From: Candidatus Omnitrophota bacterium
Lineage (GTDB): Bacteria; Omnitrophota; Omnitrophia; Omnitrophales; Danuiimicrobiaceae
Reading direction: 5' to 3'
Assembly (NCBI GenBank): GCA_016206945.1
Contig: JACQQP010000172.1
Span: 1 to 46,422, forward strand
DNA: 46,422 nt
Program-made: the position numbers and the translations under genes
Shown here: positions 18,405 to 24,628 of the stretch, piece after piece
Numbering within the stretch: position 1 is the first letter of the stretch
How the letters are laid out: each line of letters opens with the position of its first letter
The notes under the pieces: model-generated
What the model was told of the DNA's origin: nothing
Database searches by the model: none
The model's input: only the letters and a program-made list of their open reading frames with translations

Positions 18405-19345
18405 GCAAGACAAGGAAACACCGATTTCTGCTCTACCTTGGTCTTGAAGTGATCAGACACATTGTCTTGGTGCTGCCAAGGTGGCTCAATTTGGCGATCG
18501 CGCGAGCTCTTGGCTTTGCAACCTTCTGGGTTCTTCCCAAGGAACGAGCCAAGACGGTGCGCCATTTGAAGGAAGCTTTTGGCGATGAAAAAACTGAGAG
18601 CGAACTTCGGAAAATCGGCGAGAAGGTTTTTATTCATTTGACTCAGTCTGCAATTGACGTCCTTTGTTTCCCGCGGCTCAATCGTAAGCGCGTAGAGCGC
18701 CTTGTTGATTTGGAGGGCGGCACTGAAAGGCTAGATCGTGCGCTGGCGCGCGGAAATGGCGTGATCGCATTGACAGGTCACATTGGAAACTGGGAACTCT
18801 TGGCTTCGTATTTTCGATTTCTGGGCTATCCAGGACGCTTGGTAGGTCGAAGGATTTATTACGAGCGGTTCGATCAGGTACTAGTTTCGCTTAGAAAGAG
18901 TGCTCTTGTCTCGACCCTTTATCGGGATGAATCTCCACGCCAGGTCTTGGCCGAACTTCGAGCGAACCATGTCGTGGGAATGTCTGCCGACCAGGACATT
19001 GATAGCGTGGAGGGAGTTTTTGTTCCTTTTTTTGGAAAATGGGCTTGGACACCGACAGGTCCAGCAAAAATCGCATTGGCCAGCGGGGCAGCTATTGTTC
19101 CAGCCTTTATGCTTCACGATCGGAATCGATACCGATTATTCATTGAAGAACCTATTTGGCCCGTTGAAAGCGTTTCAAAGGAAAAAGCGATCGGCATGAT
19201 GACGGAGGCTTGGTCTCGAGTCGTTGAAAGTTACATTCGACGTTATCCAGATCAATGGGTTTGGATGCACCGCCGCTGGAAAACCCAGGCGGACGTTGCC
19301 GATCGCTTTAGGGATGCATCAGAACTACAAGAAGTAAAGTTATGA
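18401..19345 (+). CDS. Lipid A biosynthesis late acyltransferase (LpxL/HtrB family)
   Basis: The LTGHIGNWE catalytic motif and the RYPDQWVWMHRRWK C-terminal motif are present. The GTG start overlaps the kdsD stop (GTGTGA). Confidence 0.85.
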   Translation: MSKTRKHRFLLYLGLEVIRHIVLVLPRWLNLAIARALGFATFWVLPKERAKTVRHLKEAFGDEKTESELRKIGEKVFIHLTQSAIDVLCFPRLNRKRVERLVDLEGGTERLDRALARGNGVIALTGHIGNWELLASYFRFLGYPGRLVGRRIYYERFDQVLVSLRKSALVSTLYRDESPRQVLAELRANHVVGMSADQDIDSVEGVFVPFFGKWAWTPTGPAKIALASGAAIVPAFMLHDRNRYRLFIEEPIWPVESVSKEKAIGMMTEAWSRVVESYIRRYPDQWVWMHRRWKTQADVADRFRDASELQEVKL

Positions 19346-19467
19346 TCCCATCTGAAAGAAGAGAACAGAGAACGGTGTACAGAGTACAGAAGATTAGGTC
19401 CCGTTCTTTTTTACTCTGTTCTCTGTACTCTGTTCTCTGTACTCTGTTTCTAGAGGTGATGGGATGA
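19342..19467 (+). repeat. SD-box cassette C (family I, 126 nt) with a 41-codon ATGA-to-ATGA mini-ORF
   Basis: ATG 19342 overlaps the upstream stop (ATGA), and it ends GAGGTGATGGGATGA. The interior has heptamer arrays, ACAGAGW on one arm (about 19364-19391) and the complementary WCTCTGT x5 (19413-19447). It aligns without gaps, at about 80% identity, with 22856-22981. Confidence 0.8.
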
Positions 19468-19595
19468 TCCCAACCACCTGTTTTTCTCGCGTTTCATTCA
19501 GGTGGTTGAACTTTGAAACGCGAGAATTTCTTTCAGAAATTAAAGGCCGCATTAACTTAAAACGAGGCGTTCTTTTAAAACAGGTGGTGGGATGA
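19464..19595 (+). repeat. SD-box cassette F (family III-like, 132 nt) with a 43-codon ATGA-to-ATGA mini-ORF
   Basis: It starts ATGATCCCAACCACCTGTTT and ends AAACAGGTGGTGGGATGA. ATG 19464 overlaps the stop of cassette C, and its own TGA overlaps the lptC ATG 19592. Interleaved inverted repeats are present: 19471-80/19499-508 and 19484-96/19514-26. Confidence 0.65.
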
Positions 19596-20479
19596 TCCGC
19601 AAATTTGTTGTCATTTCGGTCATTTTAGTTTCGGCTTATGTGGCCTTGATTCAATGGAAACTATGGATGCACGTGCTTTCCGGTACGCAGTTTTGGAAGG
19701 TGCCATCCAGTGAGACGCAGGACGGCTCAGCGCAGCGCGTCTATAGTTTCTCGTTTTCAAAATACACCGAAGATGGAAAAAAAGAACTCGAAATCGAGGG
19801 AGATTCGGCGGATATTCTTTCGCAAAATGTGGGGCTTATCAATGTGATCGCAAAGGCCTATGCGGAGGAATCTCCCGTAACGATTACGGCTGATCAAGGT
19901 TCCATCGATCGTTCCACAAACAACATCCTTTTGCATAAGAATGTCGTGGCCACCACAGAGAATGGAACACGTTTGCTCACCGAAAAACTTGAAATACATC
20001 CAGACAGCAAGAATTTGGCTACCGATGTAGAAGCAAAGGTCAAGAAAGACAATATCAACATCCAAGGAATCGGCGCTCAGAGTGACTCCCAATTGAACAA
20101 AGTGACCTTTAAGAAAAACGTAACTGTAGTCATTCAAAGTCCTGAGGCAAAATCAAAATCACCCACGATCATTACCTCTGATGGGCCGCTCGATTTGGAC
20201 TATAAGCGGGACGTTGCCCACTTTTCAAAAAATGTGGTGGCGCGGCACGATCAGGGAGTATTGACTGCGGATTACATGGATGTGCTCTATCATAAAGAAA
20301 CGAGTCGCCTTTCGAAAATTATTGCACGCGGGAACGTGGTGATCGTGAGTAAAGATGGGACCAAGACGTTTAGCGACAGCGCTGTTTATTTGGCCAAAGA
20401 AAAGCGCATCGTCTTGGGTGGTGATGTAGAAACACAGTACGATCCGAGCAGCGCAGGTGTAGATGGAACTTTGTTTTAA
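19592..20479 (+). CDS. lptC: LPS export periplasmic protein, LptC-like with a second OstA/LptA-like domain (possible LptC-LptA fusion)
   Basis: It has an N-terminal TM anchor. There are two OstA-type repeats (ITADQGSIDRSTNNILLHKNVV and LTADYMDVLY...ARGNVVIV...AVYLAKEKRIVLGGDV). At 295 aa it is larger than either LptC or LptA alone. It sits directly upstream of lptB. Confidence 0.65.
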   Translation: MIRKFVVISVILVSAYVALIQWKLWMHVLSGTQFWKVPSSETQDGSAQRVYSFSFSKYTEDGKKELEIEGDSADILSQNVGLINVIAKAYAEESPVTITADQGSIDRSTNNILLHKNVVATTENGTRLLTEKLEIHPDSKNLATDVEAKVKKDNINIQGIGAQSDSQLNKVTFKKNVTVVIQSPEAKSKSPTIITSDGPLDLDYKRDVAHFSKNVVARHDQGVLTADYMDVLYHKETSRLSKIIARGNVVIVSKDGTKTFSDSAVYLAKEKRIVLGGDVETQYDPSSAGVDGTLF

Positions 20480-20497
20480 GATTTGAGGGAGAACAAA

Positions 20498-21223
20498 TTG
20501 TACATACTTGAAACACAGGAGCTCGTGAAAACTTATAAGGGCCGGACTGTCGTCAGTCAAGTTTCGATTCAAATGAACCGTGGAGAAATCGTCGGCCTTT
20601 TAGGGCCGAATGGCGCTGGCAAGACAACCACTTTTTACATGGTGGTAGGGGTGATTAAACCGGATCGAGGAACCATTTTTTTTCGTGGGGAGGACGTGAC
20701 CCACCTTCCGATGTATCGACGTGCTCGTCTTGGAATTGGCTATCTCTCACAGGAACCTTCTATTTTTCGTCGGCTCACGGTGGAGGAAAATATCATGGCG
20801 ATTTTAGAAACCCTTGATATTCCCCGTGTGGAAAGGCAGAAACGTTTAGAGCGTCTCCTGGAAGAGCTGGACATTGCCTATCTGGCAAAGAACAAGGCTT
20901 ATACGCTTTCAGGAGGAGAGCGTAGACGGCTTGAGATCACGCGCGCCTTGGTGACTAATCCCTCGCTGATTTTGTTGGACGAACCGTTTAGCGGCGTGGA
21001 TCCCATTGCCGTATTTGAGGTCCAAAAGATTCTCCAAAAATTAAGGTCCCAGGGCTTAAGCATTCTGCTCACGGACCACAGCGTTCGCGAAACGCTTTCG
21101 ATTACGGACCGAGCTTATATTATGTGTGACGGTAGAATTGAAGTTTCTGGTACTTCTCGTTTTCTGGCAACGGATAAGAAAGCGAGGGAGATTTATTTGG
21201 GAGAACGTTTTGTTTTGGCTTAA
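20498..21223 (+). CDS. lptB: LPS export ABC transporter ATP-binding protein
   Basis: It carries Walker A GPNGAGKTT, the signature LSGGERRRLEI and Walker B LILLDEPFSGVD. I chose the TTG start at 20498, after GAGGGAGA. The in-frame TTG at 20483 is an alternative. Confidence 0.9.
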   Translation: MYILETQELVKTYKGRTVVSQVSIQMNRGEIVGLLGPNGAGKTTTFYMVVGVIKPDRGTIFFRGEDVTHLPMYRRARLGIGYLSQEPSIFRRLTVEENIMAILETLDIPRVERQKRLERLLEELDIAYLAKNKAYTLSGGERRRLEITRALVTNPSLILLDEPFSGVDPIAVFEVQKILQKLRSQGLSILLTDHSVRETLSITDRAYIMCDGRIEVSGTSRFLATDKKAREIYLGERFVLA

Positions 21224-21291
21224 TAAATCATTTACCCTGTTGGGAATGACATTTCTAACGGGGTTCAACGCGGTGACGGAGGGGAACTTGA

Positions 21292-21756
21292 ATGAAAATT
21301 TCTGAAATCTTAGACAAGCGGGCAATTAAAATTGGCTTGACATCTACAACGAAGGAAGAAACCTTAAAAGAATTGGTAGCTGTCCTCGCAAAGGTCGAGG
21401 ACATAGGAGATTCAAAAGGGATCATCAAGGCTTTGATCGAGCGCGAAAGCCTTGGTTCAACAGGGATTGGCCAAGGGATCGCGATTCCTCATGGCAAGAC
21501 CGATAAGGTCACGCGGCTGATCGCCGTCCTTGGCATCAGTAAGTTCGGAGTTGATTTCGATGCGCTGGATGGTGAGCCGGTTTATATTTTCTTTCTTTTG
21601 GTAGCTCCTAAAGCCACGGCGGGCCCGCACCTAAAAGCGCTTGCTCAAATTTCACGTCTCCTCCGGGATACTTATTTTTGTGAATTGATCCGCAAGTGCC
21701 AGACAGCCGAGGAAGTTTACAATTTGATCAAGAACGAAGAAGATAAGAAGCATTAA
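21292..21756 (+). CDS. ptsN: PTS IIA-like nitrogen regulatory protein (EIIA-Ntr)
   Basis: The EIIA type-2 fold motif GIGQGIAIPHGK includes the phosphorylatable His. It is 154 aa and lies downstream of lptB, as in many Gram-negatives. Confidence 0.85.
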   Translation: MKISEILDKRAIKIGLTSTTKEETLKELVAVLAKVEDIGDSKGIIKALIERESLGSTGIGQGIAIPHGKTDKVTRLIAVLGISKFGVDFDALDGEPVYIFFLLVAPKATAGPHLKALAQISRLLRDTYFCELIRKCQTAEEVYNLIKNEEDKKH

Positions 21757-21793
21757 CGTTTGCTATTCGTCGCGGCATTGATCCTCAACGAAC

Positions 21794-22738
21794 ATGCCAT
21801 ATCTTTCCGTACAGAACTTTTTTGATGGAATGAGGGAGCAGCTGAAGTTAAGCTTGCTTACCCCGACGGTTCCCTTAACTCGTAAGATTCGTTCGCCGGA
21901 AATTCATCGGCCCGGCCTCGCTTTTTCTGGTTTTTACGATTATTTTGCTTTTGATTGTGTGCAGATTCTTGGCACGACAGAAATTGGTTTTTTAAAAAAA
22001 TTGTTGGGTCCCGCGCGCGCCCGGAATTTAAAACGATTCTTCTCCTATCGGATTCCTTGCGTCATTGTTTCGAAACAGCAATCCGTCCCGCGTGATTTTT
22101 TGGAACAGGCCATTGAGGCGGCCATTCCTGTTCTGCGTTCACCCTTTCGAACCGCGCGCGTAGCAAGTCAAGTGACGCTTTTCATTGAAGAAGCAAATGC
22201 CCCCGAGACGAGCATTCACGCAACGCTCGTGGATGTGTATGGAGTGGGTGCGCTCCTTCTTGGGAAAAGTGGTGTGGGGAAATCGGAATGTGCGCTTGAG
22301 CTTGTGGAAAGGGGCCACCGCTTAGTCGCAGACGATATGGTTGAAATTCGCGTAGAAAATCGGATTCTTATGGGACGGTCGAATCGGATTCTACATCATC
22401 ACATGGAAATTAGGGGGCTCGGAATCATCGACGTTCGCGCCATCTTTGGGGTCGGTTCCGTTCGGAATTCTAAACGGATCACTTTAGCGGTAACGCTCGA
22501 ACATTGGAAAAAAGAACGTGAGTATGAACGGCTTGGTCTTGAAGATAGGATGTATGAGCTCTTGGGCATCAAGATACCGCACCTGATCATCCCCGTCCGT
22601 CCCGGCCGTAACATCCCTATATTGGTTGAAACGGCAGCTTTGACTCAGCGGCTCAGTACGATGGGTGCTCATCCAGCAAAGGAATTTAATCAGAAGTTAA
22701 TTGACACGATGCGCGTTTCCAAACCGGAGACAGATTAA
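21794..22738 (+). CDS. hprK: HPr kinase/phosphorylase
   Basis: The P-loop GKSGVGKSECALEL, the LVADD motif and the EIRGLGIIDV signature are present. Confidence 0.9.
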   Translation: MPYLSVQNFFDGMREQLKLSLLTPTVPLTRKIRSPEIHRPGLAFSGFYDYFAFDCVQILGTTEIGFLKKLLGPARARNLKRFFSYRIPCVIVSKQQSVPRDFLEQAIEAAIPVLRSPFRTARVASQVTLFIEEANAPETSIHATLVDVYGVGALLLGKSGVGKSECALELVERGHRLVADDMVEIRVENRILMGRSNRILHHHMEIRGLGIIDVRAIFGVGSVRNSKRITLAVTLEHWKKEREYERLGLEDRMYELLGIKIPHLIIPVRPGRNIPILVETAALTQRLSTMGAHPAKEFNQKLIDTMRVSKPETD

Positions 22739-22741
22739 TTG

Positions 22742-22859
22742 ATGATTCCATCACCTGTTTGCAAAGAGCGCGCATTTGGTTCTAAACATCACGCGCTCTT
22801 TGATCCTTTAAGAAAAGATCTCGCCACAACGTGGCGAGACAAACAGGTGATTGGGATGA
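22742..22859 (+). repeat. SD-box cassette E (family III-like, 118 nt)
   Basis: It starts ATGATTCCATCACCTGTTT and ends AAACAGGTGATTGGGATGA. The 13-bp terminal inverted repeat is interrupted by one extra T. Internal hairpins lie at 22762-72/22792-802 (11 bp) and 22819-25/22833-39 (7 bp). Confidence 0.65.
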
Positions 22860-22981
22860 TCCCATCTGAAAGAAGAGAACAGAGTACAGAGTACAGAGAA
22901 CAGAAGGTGAGTTTCCATTCTTTTTTACTCTGTTCTCTGTCATCAGTACTCTGTAATGTTTTCCTTCAGGTGGTGACATGA
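22856..22981 (+). repeat. SD-box cassette D (family I, 126 nt)
   Basis: It has the same length and frame as 19342-19467. It encodes MIPSERREQSTEYREQKVSFHSFLLCSLSSVLCNVFLQVVT, and its TGA overlaps the yvcK-like ATG 22978. Because of the extra T in cassette E, E and D read as a single 79-codon ORF. Confidence 0.8.
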
Positions 22982-24225
22982 AGTTTTTCCGATGGCTTTA
23001 TCCAGGAATCGGGATTAAACGATGGGTCGTTTTGGCCGCTTTTGGACTTGGCATCATGGTGATTGTGGGCCTTTCTGCGGTGAAGACGATTGCACAACAC
23101 AGCGTCCTTTTGGCAAGTTTTGCCACCGCTTTTCTCATTTTTGGAATTTTTTTGGTTTACACGTCACTTAAAAATGTGGTTCGCATTTTCGTTCGTGCAC
23201 TTATGCCAGAGCCTGCGGAAGACTTGGCGAACATTGTGTATCAAAGTCGAAAGCGGGATTTTCTTGCTCGTGGACCTCGCGTGGTCACCATTGGCGGCGG
23301 CACCGGTTTGAGCGTTCTTCTCCAAGGAATTAAGGCCTATACTAATAACGTCACTGCCGTTGTCACCGTGACCGATACGGGCGGGAGTTCGGGGCGCCTG
23401 CGCGATGAGCTGGATATTCTGCCGCCGGGCGATATTCGCAACTGTCTTGTGGCGCTTGCCGATGCAGAACCGCTGATCCGGAACCTGTTTCAATATCGTT
23501 TTGAAGAGGGAGAAGGTCTTAAAGGACACAGTTTTGGAAACTTGTTCATCACGGCACTTTCCATGGTAACGGGTGACTTTGAAAAAGCGATCCGCGAATC
23601 GAGCAAGGTGCTTGCCATTCGGGGAAGAGTGTTGCCATCCACTCTGGATAAAGTAACGCTCGTAGGCGAATTTACCGATGGGACAACGGCTGAAGGAGAA
23701 ACAAATATCACGGACACAAGGAAACCGCTGAAGCAGATTTCGCTTCGCCCTGCCAATTGTCGCGCTGCAGACGAGGCGTTGGAAGCGATTGAAAGTGCAG
23801 ATCTTGTGATCATGGGGCCAGGGAGTCTTTATACGAGCATTCTCCCTAATCTTTTGATCCAGGATGTTTCGAATGCCATCTTGGAATCGGATGCATACAA
23901 GATTTTCATTATCAATGCGATGACCCAACCTGGTGAAACAGAAGGTTACACCGCTTACGACCACCTCCGCGTTTTGATCAGCCATACGGATCCCGGCATT
24001 GTCGACGCCTGTTTTATCAATACCCAATCCATTCCCAAGGCAATCCTGGAACGTTATCGCGAAACCAATGCGTACCCGGTTGAGGCTGATGTCGCAAAGA
24101 TTCGGGAACAAGGGTATGAGGTCATTGGCTGTGAGATTTTGAAACTGGATTCGCAAGTGAGGCACGATCCGGTGAAACTGGCCAAGGTTATTTTGGATCA
24201 ATATTTTGAAGTCCTGAAGCGGTAA
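22978..24225 (+). CDS. YvcK/CofD-like (UPF0052, gluconeogenesis factor family) protein with an N-terminal two-TM extension
   Basis: The core motif is VVTIGGGTGLSVLLQGIK...VVTVTDTGGSSGRLRDE...PPGDIRNCLVALAD. Residues ~16-63 form two hydrophobic helices that I do not recall in typical ~320-aa YvcK proteins. Confidence 0.85.
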   Translation: MKFFRWLYPGIGIKRWVVLAAFGLGIMVIVGLSAVKTIAQHSVLLASFATAFLIFGIFLVYTSLKNVVRIFVRALMPEPAEDLANIVYQSRKRDFLARGPRVVTIGGGTGLSVLLQGIKAYTNNVTAVVTVTDTGGSSGRLRDELDILPPGDIRNCLVALADAEPLIRNLFQYRFEEGEGLKGHSFGNLFITALSMVTGDFEKAIRESSKVLAIRGRVLPSTLDKVTLVGEFTDGTTAEGETNITDTRKPLKQISLRPANCRAADEALEAIESADLVIMGPGSLYTSILPNLLIQDVSNAILESDAYKIFIINAMTQPGETEGYTAYDHLRVLISHTDPGIVDACFINTQSIPKAILERYRETNAYPVEADVAKIREQGYEVIGCEILKLDSQVRHDPVKLAKVILDQYFEVLKR

Positions 24226-24244
24226 TCATTGTGGTGGAACTTCC

Positions 24245-24523
24245 GTGGAGCATTCCAAGGTAATTGAAAAGAAATTTGTGGTTCGAAGCGAGTTGGGCTT
24301 GCATGCTCGCCCTGCCGCTTTGTTTGTGCGTACGGCGAATCGGTTTCAAAGTGATATCACCGTTCAGAAAGGGAGACAGAAAGTGAATGGCAAGTCGATT
24401 ATGGGTATCATGATGCTTGCCGCGGGACCGGGAAGTTCTATCACCGTCAGAGTTGTTGGACCCGATGCGCAACGCGCGATGGCTGAAATTGAGAAGTTGA
24501 TGGATAACAAAATGAATCAGTAA
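24245..24523 (+). CDS. ptsH: Phosphocarrier protein HPr
   Basis: It is 92 aa. The GLHARPA motif holds the active-site His, and GKSIMGIM holds the regulatory Ser. The start is GTG. Confidence 0.9.
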   Translation: MEHSKVIEKKFVVRSELGLHARPAALFVRTANRFQSDITVQKGRQKVNGKSIMGIMMLAAGPGSSITVRVVGPDAQRAMAEIEKLMDNKMNQ

Positions 24524-24526
24524 GGC

Positions 24527-24563
24527 GAACCCCGTTAGATTTCTAATCGCAGCGGGGTTCTTT
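24527..24563 (+). terminator. Hairpin between ptsH and ptsI (possible partial terminator or attenuator)
   Basis: An 8-bp GC-rich stem pairs GAACCCCG (24527-34) with CGGGGTTC (24553-60). The loop is 18 nt, and only TTT follows the stem. Confidence 0.4.
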
Positions 24564-24628
24564 AAAACGGTTGAAAAATACAGGTAGGTTTTAACGGTGA
24601 AGAAACATATGTTGGAAGATCTAATGGG

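Noticed and set aside
19364-19447. Heptamer tandem arrays (also 22878-22955), considered as a CRISPR array or a simple VNTR.
   Set aside because: The units are 7 nt with no spacers, and the two arrays in each element are mutually complementary, forming hairpin arms. The whole unit is a 126-nt repeat with defined termini. It is not CRISPR-like.
19471-19526. An H-type RNA pseudoknot formed by the interleaved helices A/A' and B/B'.
   Set aside because: The connecting loops are only 3, 2 and 5 nt for stems of 10 and 13 bp, which is sterically implausible for a simultaneous pseudoknot. Alternative hairpins or nested repeat remnants are more likely, and I reported it in that form.
22739-22981. An 80-aa ORF between hprK and the yvcK-like gene, taken as a conventional protein gene.
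   Set aside because: It is two repeat cassettes (E and D) fused in frame by a single extra T. Each half has an independent counterpart at 19342-19595, where the same sequences form separate mini-ORFs.
23164-24201. A 345-aa antisense ORF opposite the yvcK-like gene.
   Set aside because: The plus-strand frame carries unmistakable YvcK/CofD motifs. The antisense translation is low-complexity, has no recognisable motifs and has no start context. It is a shadow ORF.
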